Assembly (NCBI GenBank): GCA_012522415.1
Contig: JAAYKM010000123.1
Span: forward strand, 1,833-65,832
Length of the DNA: 64,000 bases
DNA from: Deltaproteobacteria bacterium
Lineage (GTDB): Bacteria > Desulfobacterota > Syntrophia > Syntrophales > JAAYKM01
Reading direction: 5' to 3'
Below, in pieces: positions 28,194-38,900 of the stretch. The notes below the pieces were generated by a model, which made no database searches, was not told where the DNA came from, and saw only the letters and a list, made by a program, of their open reading frames with translations. The first letter of the stretch is position 1, and the number at the start of each line of letters is the position of its first letter. The position numbers and the translations under genes were made by a program.

Positions 28194-28985
28194 CTGAAAC
28201 GACGATATCTATTAACGAACGATGACGGGATCTACGCCAAGGGGCTGATTACCCTGCACCATGAATTGTCCAAAGACGCCGACTGCCTGGTGGTTGCGCC
28301 GGAGGTGGAGCAAAGCGCCGTTGGACACGCCATTACGCTCTTTCGCCCCATCATGGTAAGGCGAGCGAGAAAAAACGGCAGTGAAATAGGCTACGCCGTC
28401 AAGGGGACCCCTGCTGATTGTGTCAAACTCGGGATACGGGAACTCTCGGACAGGCCCATTGACCTTGTCGTTTCCGGCATCAATGTGGGCGCCAATGTAG
28501 GGGTTAATGTGATTTATTCGGGCACCGTATCCGCTGCAACGGAGGGGATCATCATGGGGGTCCCGGCCATGGCCATATCACTCGATGTCAGGAAAGACGG
28601 AGATTTCGAAACAGCCGGCCGGTTCGCCAGAAAACTCGCCTATTTGCTGGTGGAAAAAAATCTTTTTTCTGGAATGGCCGTTAATGTCAATGTGCCCGCC
28701 TTGCCGGAAAAAGAGATAAAGGGTGTTGTAATCGCCAAACAGGGGAAGGCCCGTTTCGTGGAAAATTTTGAAAAGAGGGTCGATCCGCGAGAAAACACCT
28801 ATTACTGGCTGGCTGGCGATACACGCATCTCAGAGTATGAAGATGAGGATTCAGATGCTTCCGCCTTAAGTCGGGGGATGATTACCATCACCCCCATTTT
28901 CCACGATTTGACTTGTCATAAGGTGATCAGTGAAATGCGTGAATCGCGGGCGGCGCAGGAATTATTTTCCGATCTATTGAAGTAG
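28194..28985 (+). CDS. surE: 5'/3'-nucleotidase SurE (non-canonical start codon required)
   Basis: The catalytic N-terminal motif LLTNDDG (NDDG at 28218-28229) lies upstream of the track start (TTG 28266). The frame is open only from 28179 (TAA at 28176-28178) and contains no ATG, GTG or TTG. CTG 28194 or ATA 28191 follow AAGGAG (28177-28182). Other motifs: SGIN.G.N, YSGTV.AA.EG. Confidence 0.8.
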   Translation: MKRRYLLTNDDGIYAKGLITLHHELSKDADCLVVAPEVEQSAVGHAITLFRPIMVRRARKNGSEIGYAVKGTPADCVKLGIRELSDRPIDLVVSGINVGANVGVNVIYSGTVSAATEGIIMGVPAMAISLDVRKDGDFETAGRFARKLAYLLVEKNLFSGMAVNVNVPALPEKEIKGVVIAKQGKARFVENFEKRVDPRENTYYWLAGDTRISEYEDEDSDASALSRGMITITPIFHDLTCHKVISEMRESRAAQELFSDLLK

Positions 28986-29045
28986 GGATCCCGGCAGACT
29001 CCGATTCATGCAAATTTGTAAAACCAAAGAGACCACGGCACCATT

Positions 29046-30248
29046 ATGTACGGAAAATTAAATCAATGCGAGTTGACGCCACGGAGAGATATTGAAGATC
29101 GTATCAGGCGCCTTCAAATTGAAATGGTCCGCCAGGGTATTTCTTTCTCCATCATTCTTCACAATGTGGGCCTTTTTTATTTAACCGGAAGCATCCAGCG
29201 TGGCGTTTTATTTCTTCCGGCTGAGGGCTCTCCCATCTACATGGTTGAAAAAAACGTGGAGCGGGCGTCCATCGAAACGCCACTGAACATCATCCCTTTA
29301 CAAAAAAAACAGGATCTCAGGGATATACTGCGTAACAGGATCAACCAACGAAGCATAGGCGGAATGGAGCTGGATGTTCTCCCCGTACTGGTTTTTGAAA
29401 AATGGAAGAATCTGCTGGAATTGGAGAATATAGTCGACATATCTCCGTCGATCAAAAAATTGAGATCCCTGAAAAGTCCTTTTGAAATCGATCAGATCCG
29501 TCGCTCCGGTCAGATCGTTTCCCGTGTTTTCGCCAAGGCGGGGGAGATCATTCAGGCCAACGATACAGAGGTGGGTGTTGCCGCTGCCCTGGAAGCGGAA
29601 GGAAGAATGTTCGGGCACCAGGGATTTCTCCGCATGCGCGGTTTCAATCAGGAAATGATGAACATTTACGTTACCCATGGCTATTCCGGAACCATTTTTT
29701 CAGGCTGTGACGTGCCGATTTCGGGTTTCGGCACAACCCATGCCGTTGCCCAGGGTCCATCGATTCAGAATCTCCAGCAAGACACGCCCATTCTCGTCGA
29801 TTATGGAGGCGCCTATAACGGCTACGTTACGGACGAAACACGTGTTTTTGTCGTTGGAAGCCTGAAGGATCTCTTCAGAAAAGCTTTTGAGGCGGCAAGG
29901 GATATGATCGACGATGTGGCGGCGTTCGGCAGGGTAGGGGTGGACACGGTGGAGATTTACGAGCGCGCCCTCGAACTCGCCCGGCAGGCCCATCTTGAAG
30001 AGCATTTTATGGGATACGGAAGGGGGAAGGTCCGCTTCATCGGCCACGGCCTGGGACTGGAAATCAACGAATGGCCTATCATCACGGCGGCCCACCATAC
30101 GGTATTGGAAGAGGGGATGGTCTTTGCCTATGAACCGAAGTTTATCTTTCCGGGGGAAGGGGCGATCGGTATAGAAGCCGATTTCATTGTCAGGAAGGAT
30201 GGCCTGGAGCGGGTGACGGATTTCCCTTTGGATATTCATTATCTGTAA
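29046..30248 (+). CDS. M24-family Xaa-Pro aminopeptidase
   Basis: 400 aa with a creatinase-like N-domain and a pita-bread C-domain (DYGGAYNGYVTDETR, GHGLGLEINEWP, YEP). Confidence 0.8.
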   Translation: MYGKLNQCELTPRRDIEDRIRRLQIEMVRQGISFSIILHNVGLFYLTGSIQRGVLFLPAEGSPIYMVEKNVERASIETPLNIIPLQKKQDLRDILRNRINQRSIGGMELDVLPVLVFEKWKNLLELENIVDISPSIKKLRSLKSPFEIDQIRRSGQIVSRVFAKAGEIIQANDTEVGVAAALEAEGRMFGHQGFLRMRGFNQEMMNIYVTHGYSGTIFSGCDVPISGFGTTHAVAQGPSIQNLQQDTPILVDYGGAYNGYVTDETRVFVVGSLKDLFRKAFEAARDMIDDVAAFGRVGVDTVEIYERALELARQAHLEEHFMGYGRGKVRFIGHGLGLEINEWPIITAAHHTVLEEGMVFAYEPKFIFPGEGAIGIEADFIVRKDGLERVTDFPLDIHYL

Positions 30249-30293
30249 AAAACGCCCCGGACATCATGAAATTATGGACAAAAAGGAGTATTC

Positions 30294-31946
30294 ATGAACC
30301 CTCACAAACTGGCGGGAAAACCGGTACCGAGAGATTTCCTGACCAATATCCCGCGCCTCATTACCGCTTATTACACCCAAAAACCGGATCCTCTCGAACC
30401 GGCCCAAAGGGTTTCATTCGGTACCTCGGGTCATCGGGGCTCCTCTTTCAAAAACAGCTTTAACGAGATGCACATCCTTGCCATCAGCCAGGCAATCTGC
30501 AATTATCGAAAATCAAAAAATATAGATGGGCCGTTCTTCATGGGGATGGATACCCATGCCCTGTCCGAGCCGGCAATGGCAACGGCAATCGAGGTCTTTA
30601 TTGCCAACGGCGTGGAATGCATCATCCAGCAGGGTCTCCGTTACACGCCCACACCGGTTATCTCCCATGCGATCCTGACTTACAACGGGAAGAGAGGATC
30701 CGGCTTTGCGGACGGGATCGTCATCACACCCTCTCACAATCCACCGGAAGATGGCGGTTTCAAGTACAACCCCCCTCACGGGGGACCCGCCGACACCGGC
30801 ACGACGGATCTCATAGAAAAAATGGCCAATGATTTCATGGAGGAGGACTGTGTTCATGTACGCAGGATCCCCCTGGAAAAGGCCATCAAATCCAAACGGT
30901 TTCATGAATACGACTATATAAATCCCTACGTTCGAGATCTTGCCAATGTCATCGATCTGGATGTGATTGCCCGGGCGGGGTTGAAGATCGGTATCGACCC
31001 CCTGGGGGGTGCGGCCATGGATTTCTGGGATCCCATTGCCGATCGTTACGGGATTGCCCTGGAGGTGGTCAACCGGATCATCGACCCGACATTTTCTTTC
31101 ATGACCCTGGATAAGGATGGAAAAATCCGCATGGACTGTTCTTCCGCCTTTGCGATGCAAAACCTGATAAAGATGAAAGATCACTTTGATATTGCCTGTG
31201 GAAACGATACCGACGCGGACCGCCATGGCATCGTCACGCGCGGGGGAGGGCTCATGAATGCGAACCACTATCTCGTCGTGGCCGTCCACTATCTCTTTCA
31301 GAACAGACCGGGCTGGAACAGCGAAGCGACTGTGGGTAAAACTCTCGTCTCGACATCCATGATTGACCGCATTGCCGCGGATCTGGGGCGTCGTCTCTGG
31401 GAGGTGCCGGTTGGCTTCAAATGGTTTGTCGGAGGTTTGCTTGATGGAACCTGCGGATTCGGTGGAGAGGAGAGCGCGGGGGCTTCCTTCCTGAGAAAAA
31501 ACGGGACCGTCTGGACAACGGATAAGGATGGCATCATCATGAACCTGTTGGCCTGCGAAATCATGGCCCGGACGGAAAAGGATCCGGCCATGATTTATCA
31601 GAACCTGATTGAACGGTTCGGGCGTCCCTCTTATAACCGGATGGATGTACCGGCTACCCCCGCACAGAAGGAAATCATAGGGAACCTTTCGCCGGATAAA
31701 ATCGAAGCCAGGGAAATGGCGGGAGAAAAGATCACTGCAATCCTGACAAAAGCGTCAGGGAATGATGCTGATATCGGTGGGTTGAAAGTTATTTCTCCAA
31801 ATGGCTGGTTTGCCGTGCGCCCCTCGGGAACGGAGGATATCTATAAAATTTACGCGGAAAGTTTTCTGGACGCAAAGCATCGTGAGTTGATTGAAGAGGA
31901 AGCGGTTGCCATCTTGAACAATGCTTTCAGGAATACGGGGGGCTGA
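30294..31946 (+). CDS. pgm: Phosphoglucomutase (alpha-D-glucose-1,6-bisphosphate dependent)
   Basis: 550 aa with FGTSGHRG, the active-site TPSHNPPEDGG, GNDTDADRHG and GGEESAG. Confidence 0.9.
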   Translation: MNPHKLAGKPVPRDFLTNIPRLITAYYTQKPDPLEPAQRVSFGTSGHRGSSFKNSFNEMHILAISQAICNYRKSKNIDGPFFMGMDTHALSEPAMATAIEVFIANGVECIIQQGLRYTPTPVISHAILTYNGKRGSGFADGIVITPSHNPPEDGGFKYNPPHGGPADTGTTDLIEKMANDFMEEDCVHVRRIPLEKAIKSKRFHEYDYINPYVRDLANVIDLDVIARAGLKIGIDPLGGAAMDFWDPIADRYGIALEVVNRIIDPTFSFMTLDKDGKIRMDCSSAFAMQNLIKMKDHFDIACGNDTDADRHGIVTRGGGLMNANHYLVVAVHYLFQNRPGWNSEATVGKTLVSTSMIDRIAADLGRRLWEVPVGFKWFVGGLLDGTCGFGGEESAGASFLRKNGTVWTTDKDGIIMNLLACEIMARTEKDPAMIYQNLIERFGRPSYNRMDVPATPAQKEIIGNLSPDKIEAREMAGEKITAILTKASGNDADIGGLKVISPNGWFAVRPSGTEDIYKIYAESFLDAKHRELIEEEAVAILNNAFRNTGG

Positions 31947-32003
31947 ATATTTCCGTTGATTCGTCCAATGAAAACGCACAGAGCCACTCAATACAGGCAC
32001 GTT

Positions 32004-32031
32004 CCCTGCGGGGTGCAGGGTGGGTCTTTTT
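32004..32031 (+). terminator. Possible terminator after pgm
   Basis: CCCTGC / GCAGGG stem (32004-32009 / 32015-32020) with a short T-run 6 nt downstream. This is a weak call. Confidence 0.35.
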
Positions 32032-32154
32032 CGGGTTTATCCTGCGGCGCCGTTAATGCAGGATGGCCCATTTTTTTGTTGCATAAGGCCATGCCTCGTG
32101 GTATGAGGGAACTCCTTTCCAAGAAGGTCGCCGAATAGACCTTATGCGCGTTCC

Positions 32155-32228
32155 TGGGGGATCGTTCAATGGTAGGACAACGGACTCTGACTCCGTGAAT
32201 AGGGGTTCGAATCCCTTTCCCCCAGCCA
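32155..32228 (+). tRNA. tRNA-Gln (anticodon CTG)
   Basis: Cloverleaf by hand. Acceptor TGGGGGA/TCCCCCA, anticodon stem ACGGA/TCCGT with loop CTCTGAC, T-loop GGTTCGAATCC, and an encoded G-CCA end. It resembles E. coli tRNA-Gln. Confidence 0.9.
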
Positions 32229-32235
32229 ATATAGA

Positions 32236-32269
32236 AAAGGATTGGATTCGTATGGATCCAATCCTTTTT
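32236..32269. terminator. Bidirectional terminator shared by tRNA-Gln (+) and glnS (-)
   Basis: 12-bp stem AAAGGATTGGAT (32236-32247) / ATCCAATCCTTT (32256-32267), flanked by an A-run upstream and a T-run downstream. Confidence 0.75.
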
Positions 32270-32295
32270 CCTATTTATAAGGGGTTGAATCCAAT

Positions 32296-33984
32296 TTATT
32301 TTTTTATCTGGTTTCTGGCCCAGGAATCCCGAAGGGTCACGGCTCTGTTAAAGACCGTGGTTTTGGGCGACGAATCAACGGGATCCACAATAAAATAGCC
32401 CAACCGCTCGAATTGAAAATGCCGTCCCGCCTGAACATCCCGCAGACTGGGTTCTACGATGGCCGTGGTGATGGTTTCCAGTGAATGCGGGTTCAGGAAG
32501 TCTTTGAGTTCCCCTTCTTCCGCCATAGGATCGGGGACGCGGAAGAGGCGGTCATACAGCCTCACTTCGCAGGGAATCCCATGACGTGCCGATACCCAAT
32601 GGATCGTCGCATTGACCTTACGGCCGTCCGGGGCAAAACCGCTTCTTGTTTCGGGATCATAGGTACAGTGAATGGCCTCGACTGCGCCTGTGTCCGGGTT
32701 TTTCTCAATACTGACGCACTTGATGTAATAACCGTAACGCAGCCGCACTTCCTTCCCCACGCTCAACCGGAAGAATTTTTTGGGCGGGTTCTCCATGAAA
32801 TCATCCTGTTCGATATAGAGGACCCGGCTGAAGGGGACCTTTCTTGAACCCATTTCCCCGTGTTTCGGATGGAAGGGACAATCGAAATCTTCCGTCTTTT
32901 CTTCAGGATAGTTGTCGATTACAACACGTAGGGGACGCAGGACAGCCATGACACGGGGGGCCCTTTCATTCAGGTCCTCGCGGACGCAGTTTTCCAGGAG
33001 GGCGACATCAATCATGCTGTTGTTTTTCGCGACCCCGATCCGTTCGCAAAAATCGCGTATGGCGGCGGGGCTGAATCCCCGCCTACGCATCCCGGACAGG
33101 GTCGGCATTCTGGGGTCATCCCAACCTGAGACCAATTCCCCTCCAACCAGTTCTATCAGTTTTCTTTTGCTCAAGACCGTATAGGTCAGGTTTAAACGGG
33201 CAAACTCGATTTGTCTCGGACGATCTCCTTTCACGACCTGATCAAGAAACCAGTCGTAAAGGGGTCTGTTATTCTCAAACTCAAGGGTACAAATGGAATG
33301 GGTGATATTTTCAATGTAGTCGGAAAGACAATGGGCAAAATCGTACATGGGATAGATGCACCACCTGCTTCCGGTTCGGTAATGCTCTTCCTTTTTAATC
33401 CGATACATGACAGGATCGCGCATGGTCATGTTTTTTGCCGCCATGTCGATTTTAGCACGTAAAACGTGGTCCCCTTCCTCGAATTCCCCGGCCCTCATCT
33501 TTTCAAACAAAGCCAGGTTTTCTTCCACTGACCGGTTCCTGTAAGGGCTTTCCTTGCCGGGTTCCGTCAGGGTACCCCGATATTGGCGCATTTCTTCCGT
33601 GGTTAAATCACATATATATGCTTTGCCGTCCTTTATCATCTGAACTGCATAGTTGTATAATTTGTCATAATAATCCGATGCAAAATAGAGACGATCCTCC
33701 CAATCGAACCCCAGCCATTTCACATCCGTCATGATGGACTCGACGTACTCCATGTCTTCACCGGCCGGATCGGTATCGTCCATCCTCAGGTTGCAGGTTC
33801 CCCCGTATTGCCTTGCAATGCCGAAGTTCAGGCAGACAGATTTCGCATGGCCGATATGGGGATATCCATTGGGTTCCGGTGGAAAGCGTGTGGTCACTCT
33901 CCTCTGATTTTTTCCAAGTTCCAGATCCTTATCGATAATATCCCGGATGAAGTCGGAAGGGTAGGTTGGTTGATTCTGTTCCAT
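32296..33984 (-). CDS. glnS: Glutaminyl-tRNA synthetase
   Basis: 562 aa with [15 protein letters not shown] (HIGH), VLSKRKL (KMSKS-like) and the class I Glx core. Confidence 0.92.
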   Translation of the reverse strand: MEQNQPTYPSDFIRDIIDKDLELGKNQRRVTTRFPPEPNGYPHIGHAKSVCLNFGIARQYGGTCNLRMDDTDPAGEDMEYVESIMTDVKWLGFDWEDRLYFASDYYDKLYNYAVQMIKDGKAYICDLTTEEMRQYRGTLTEPGKESPYRNRSVEENLALFEKMRAGEFEEGDHVLRAKIDMAAKNMTMRDPVMYRIKKEEHYRTGSRWCIYPMYDFAHCLSDYIENITHSICTLEFENNRPLYDWFLDQVVKGDRPRQIEFARLNLTYTVLSKRKLIELVGGELVSGWDDPRMPTLSGMRRRGFSPAAIRDFCERIGVAKNNSMIDVALLENCVREDLNERAPRVMAVLRPLRVVIDNYPEEKTEDFDCPFHPKHGEMGSRKVPFSRVLYIEQDDFMENPPKKFFRLSVGKEVRLRYGYYIKCVSIEKNPDTGAVEAIHCTYDPETRSGFAPDGRKVNATIHWVSARHGIPCEVRLYDRLFRVPDPMAEEGELKDFLNPHSLETITTAIVEPSLRDVQAGRHFQFERLGYFIVDPVDSSPKTTVFNRAVTLRDSWARNQIKK

Positions 33985-34186
33985 GTGGCGCGTCCTTTCT
34001 TGTAATCGGTCATAACCTGAGAGAATATGTACATCATCATGATCATTTTGACAATTGTTAATGTTTTATCGAAACCCCTTGCCAATTTGAAAAATAATTA
34101 ATATGTTACTTCAGATATAGGCTTTTATTTATCTGTTATTACATTGTTTTTCGCTATCTTGATATGCGTGTCCATTACCGATCATA

Positions 34187-34214
34187 TTGACAATTTCCCT
34201 TTTGTTGTTAAGTA
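34187..34214 (+). promoter_or_regulatory. Candidate promoter of the DnaJ-like gene
   Basis: TTGACA (34187-34192), 16-nt spacer, TAAGTA (34209-34214). A sigma32-like CTTGATA-N13-CCGATCAT (34158-34185) lies just upstream. Both are weak calls in an AT-rich divergent intergenic region. Confidence 0.3.
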
Positions 34215-34273
34215 TGTAAAGCAATCATGTGAGCTCTGATTCGAACATCTATTTTCATGACAGGGTGAGGGGA

Positions 34274-35197
34274 ATGGCTGAAGATTATTACAAAATTCTG
34301 GGAATAGGCAAGGCTTCCACGGCTGATGAAATCAAGAAGGCCTACAGAAAACTGGCCTTGAAATTCCATCCCGACAAAAATCCCGGCAACAAAGACGCCG
34401 AGGAAAAGTTCAAGAAAATTAATGAAGCCTACGCGGTTTTGAGCGACGCGGAAAAGAGAAAGGAATACGATCAATTCGGATCGGCGGATTCCTTTAAGCA
34501 ACGATTTTCACAAGAAGACATTTTCCGCGGCTTCGACCTGAACGAAATCTTGAAGGATCTCGGTTTCGGATTCGGCGGTGCCAGCCAGCGGCGACAGGAC
34601 TTTTCTCAGGGACAAACCGATCCGTTCGCAAGTTTTTTCGGAGGCGGCCAGAGACGTTATGCTCGGGCCCCTCAGAAGGGGGAGGATCTTTACTATAATA
34701 TATCAATCAGCCTTGAGGAATCGGTTTTCGGGGCGGAGAAAAAGATTGCCCTCCACAAGCAGGACCACGTTGCGGAGATAAATGTAAAAATTCCCAAGGG
34801 AATCAACGCCGGCAAAAAGCTGAGACTTGCCGGGAAAGGCGGCCCCGGGGTTGCCGGTGGCCCGCCTGGGGACCTGTTCCTTGAAATCAATATACTTCCA
34901 CACCCCATCTTCGCCCGCGACGGCAATGACATACACATCCTGAAGTCCATCAACTATTCTCAGGCCGTCCTGGGAACGTCAATTGATATCCCCACGGTGG
35001 ATGGATCGGTCAAGAGGGTTAAAGTTCCTTCAGGGACGCAGAGCAACACCAAAATTCGCCTGAAAGGGCTGGGCGTACCCGCCACAAAAAATTCCCCTGC
35101 AGGTGACCAGTATGTAAAAATCACGATCGATGTCCCCAGGAAGCTGAATGATCGACAAAGAAAAATAATGAAGGAATTGTCAGAGACGGGTTTGTAA
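34274..35197 (+). CDS. cbpA: J-domain co-chaperone lacking the zinc finger (CbpA/DnaJ class II-like)
   Basis: From the ATG at 34274: [11 protein letters not shown]...[16 protein letters not shown], then a G/F-rich region and two C-terminal beta domains, with no CxxCxGxG repeats. Confidence 0.8.
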   Translation: MAEDYYKILGIGKASTADEIKKAYRKLALKFHPDKNPGNKDAEEKFKKINEAYAVLSDAEKRKEYDQFGSADSFKQRFSQEDIFRGFDLNEILKDLGFGFGGASQRRQDFSQGQTDPFASFFGGGQRRYARAPQKGEDLYYNISISLEESVFGAEKKIALHKQDHVAEINVKIPKGINAGKKLRLAGKGGPGVAGGPPGDLFLEINILPHPIFARDGNDIHILKSINYSQAVLGTSIDIPTVDGSVKRVKVPSGTQSNTKIRLKGLGVPATKNSPAGDQYVKITIDVPRKLNDRQRKIMKELSETGL

Positions 35198-35241
35198 AAT
35201 AAATATATGTCTCATAAGATATATTATGTAAACTAATGAGT

Positions 35242-35958
35242 TCAAGCCAACTCAATATCGCCAATGAGCCCCATTTTATCTTTTATGATGATCAGAATGC
35301 CCCGAACCCCCTCGACCCTCATTCCCCATTCGAGGGCCTTTCGAATGTCCTTTTCGTCCTTCACGCGGTTGCAGACGGCTGTGGCCGCCGCATCGGCTAA
35401 GGCAGTCGAATCCGACACGACACACACCGCATCGGCTCTACCGAAGCTCAGGGAATGGCCGATCGATCCTGAAGATGTGCAGACCCCCGTCGGGATGGAA
35501 CGCGATCGAATTTTCAAGACAATTTTCTCACTCAACGGAGACGCCCCCGCAAACACCGCCACATGGGCGTCCTCGGTCGTTTTAATGAAATCATCACCGC
35601 CATTTTCGACAATGACGTTTTCGCTGAATGCAAGGAGGTCCGTTCCGACAAAATGCGACATGGCGCCGGCAACAGAGGCCATGGGACCGACACCGGCCTC
35701 TTTTGACTGAAAAATCATCTCTTTGACGATGGGAGGAGCGAATGGGTCGTCCGGAAAGGGTGCCAGGGTGTTGCGAAATGCCGGATTAATTTTAATATAA
35801 TTCTCTATGTTAATTCGATATTTAATGATTATATCTAAAGCAACACTGTATAAATTGCTGTCGGTGCCCACATATAAATCTGTTTCAGCGACACAGGGGT
35901 TGTAAAATTCCAGCCTGCCCGCTCTGATCCTGTTCCGATATGTCCTGGGTTCAACCAT
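35242..35958 (-). CDS. UPF0280 (ApbE-superfamily-like) protein
   Basis: 238 aa. The pattern VAETDLYV, GVGPMASVAGA, ENGGD and GHSLSFG is typical of UPF0280. The ATG overlaps the dnaE stop by 1 nt (TAATG). Confidence 0.6.
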   Translation of the reverse strand: MVEPRTYRNRIRAGRLEFYNPCVAETDLYVGTDSNLYSVALDIIIKYRINIENYIKINPAFRNTLAPFPDDPFAPPIVKEMIFQSKEAGVGPMASVAGAMSHFVGTDLLAFSENVIVENGGDDFIKTTEDAHVAVFAGASPLSEKIVLKIRSRSIPTGVCTSSGSIGHSLSFGRADAVCVVSDSTALADAAATAVCNRVKDEKDIRKALEWGMRVEGVRGILIIIKDKMGLIGDIELA

Positions 35959-38900
35959 TAATTAACATAATTAACGTAAGCGCCGGATATCATACTGTTT
36001 ATGCTATCTTTAAGCTCCTGGCAAATCCGGTATCTCGCACCGAGGGAGATCACCGTGTCGGACTTGTGGTTCAGTATATGAAGGAGAACTTCGTTTGATC
36101 CCGGATAGGCAAAAAGAATCTCTTTCAGTAAATGGACATCGCGGTCGGTATGCATTTCCTGACGAAAATATATATGAATGTCCGTTTCTTTCGTGTAACC
36201 CTTTAAATATTCATCCAGGTCGCTAATTTCATTGGCTATCACCTTGGTTTCATCATCCTGCGGATCCGCATAACCTCTGATCATCAAGGGTTTATCGCCG
36301 TGCAGCAAACTGTAGGATTTCATGTAGACATCGGAAAAACAGATGGCCGTGTACATGCCGCGCATATCCTCCATTTGGACGTATGCCATCGTTTCTTTCT
36401 TTTTGGTCTTCATTTCTTTGATGTTGACGACGGTCCCGCAGATATGAAGGTCTCTTTTATCCTTGATGGCGCCCAGATCGGATGAGAACAGCACATGACT
36501 ATGGGCCGACAATTTCTCGATATATTTGGCCAGGGGATGCCCCGTAACATAAAAGCCCAGGGTCTCTTTCTCGTAGGCGAGCAAGATCTGCTGGTCCGCC
36601 TCCGTTTGACCGTTTTTTGAACCGGAAAGGGGGGCTGGGGCCGTCTGGTTCTGAGATTCCGCCCCTTCATGAGAGGAGGAACCGTTTCCGAGCGAATCGA
36701 ACAGGCTGATCTGCCCGTTCGAGAGGTCCCTGTTTCTTTTTTGCGATTGACTGAGAATGTCTTCGTACGATGACAGGAGGTGAACCCGATCCCCTTCGAT
36801 TGAATCGAAGCCCCCGCATTTGATAAGGCTTTCAATGACCCGTTTGTTGACCTTGCGTGTATCGATGTGAAAACAGAAATCCTCGAAGGATTTGAATCCC
36901 CCCTGGGCGGTCCTCGCCTCGATGATTGACTCGATGGCCCCCTCCCCTACATTCTTGACCGCGGCCAGGCCAAATCGGATACTATTTTCCTTTGCTCTGA
37001 ATATTTTACGGGATTGATTGAAATCGGGGGGAAGGACATCGATGCCCATTTCCTTGCAACTGTTGATATATTTTATGATCTTATCCCGATTGTCCTTTTC
37101 ACTTGTGAGCAGGGCGGCCATGAAATAGGCTGGATAATGGGCTTTTAAATAGGCCGTCTGATAGGAAATCATGGCATATGCGGTGCTGTGGGATTTGTTG
37201 AACCCATATGCGGCAAAGGTTTCCATTTTTTCCCAAATCTTCTGTGCCTTCGCTTTCGTGATGTTTTTTTCGGTGGCCCCGGCAAGAAAATTCGGTTTTT
37301 CCTTCTCCATATCAGCGACCTGCTTCTTGCCCATCACCTTGCGCAGGGTATCGGCCTCGGACATGGTATAGCCGCCGATGGATACGGCAATCTGTATGAC
37401 CTGTTCCTGATATAATAGGACCCCGTATGTTTCTCCCAGGATGGATTTTAGTTGCGGTAATTCGTAGGTTATTCTCGTTTTTCCCTGTTTCCTGGATATG
37501 AAATCAGGCACCATGTTCATGGGACCTGGGCGATACAGGGCAATGGACGCGCTGATATCCTCGATGCAATCAGGCTTTATATTCACCAGGATATCCTTCA
37601 TCCCATCACTTTCCAGTTGGAAGATCCCGTCGGCATCTCCCCTGCCGAGCAACTGATAGGCCAGCGGATCGTCGAGCGGCAGGGCGTTCAGATCAATATC
37701 GACGTCATGGTCTTCTTTGATTGCCTGGATCACATTGTTGATGACCGTCAGGGTTTTCAATCCCAGGAAATCGAATTTTGTAAGCCCGATTTTCTCCAGG
37801 TCATTCATCGGAAACTGGGTAACGATGTCCTGGTCCTCCTTGGGATTTTTATAGAGAGGCACCCTCTCCACCAGAGGAACGTCGGAAACGACCACACCGG
37901 CCGCGTGCGTCGAAGCGTGTCTGTTCAGGCCCTCCAGCTCCCTGGCCAGGTCGATTAGCCGTTTGATCTCGGGAGACCGGTTCATTTCATCGGTCAGGCG
38001 TGGTTCGGATTTTAAAGCGGTATCGAGTGTCATGTTGACGGCTTCGGGAATCAGCTTGGCAACCCGGTCCACTTCCCCGTAAGGCATGCCGATCACCCTG
38101 CCGACATCCCGAATAACGGCCCTCGCCTGCATTTTTCCAAAGGTAATGATCTGGGCCACTTTATCGGCCCCATATTTATTCTTTACATAGCGAATGATAT
38201 CGTCCCGCCCCTCCGGACAGAAATCGATATCGATATCGGGCATGGTGATCCGGTCCGGATTCAGAAACCTCTCAAAGAAGAGACCGTACTTGATGGGATC
38301 GATGTTCGTGATTCCCAGAGAGTAAGCGACAAGGCTGCCCGCGGCAGAGCCCCTTCCCGGTCCGACGGCAATATTATTTTCCTTTGCGTAACGGACGAAG
38401 TCCCAGACAATCAAAAAATATCCGGCAAATCCCATGTTCCTGATGATGCCCATTTCATGGGACAGTCGTTCCAGATAGCGGGAGCGCAACGCCTTGTGGT
38501 CCAACTCGTCTTGGTTCTGCAAAATGTACGGAAATAGCTTTTCAAGTCCCTTTTCCGCTTCTCGGGTCAGTACTTCATCAAGTCTGTCTGTTGAACCCTT
38601 GAGTTCAAATTTGGGTAAATAGATCTTGCCGAATTCGAGGTCGAGATTGCAGCGTTCCGCTATGAGAAGCGTATTCTCTATGGCCTCCGGCAGATCCTTG
38701 AAGATTTGCGACATTTCCCGGGGAGATTTCAGGTAAAACTGATCCGTACTGAATTTCATCCGGTCCGTATCGTTGATTGTCTTTCCGGTTTGAATGCAGA
38801 GGAGGATCTCATGAGCTTCCGCTGATTCTCTGGTAAGGTAGTGGCAATCGTTGGTGGCAACAAGGCCAATACCCAGCTTTCGGGCGATATCGATCAACTG

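Noticed and set aside
35198-35241. AT-only hairpin (AATATAT/ATATATT) between the cbpA-like gene and UPF0280 as a terminator
   Set aside because: It has seven A-T pairs with a 10-nt loop, which is too weak to call.
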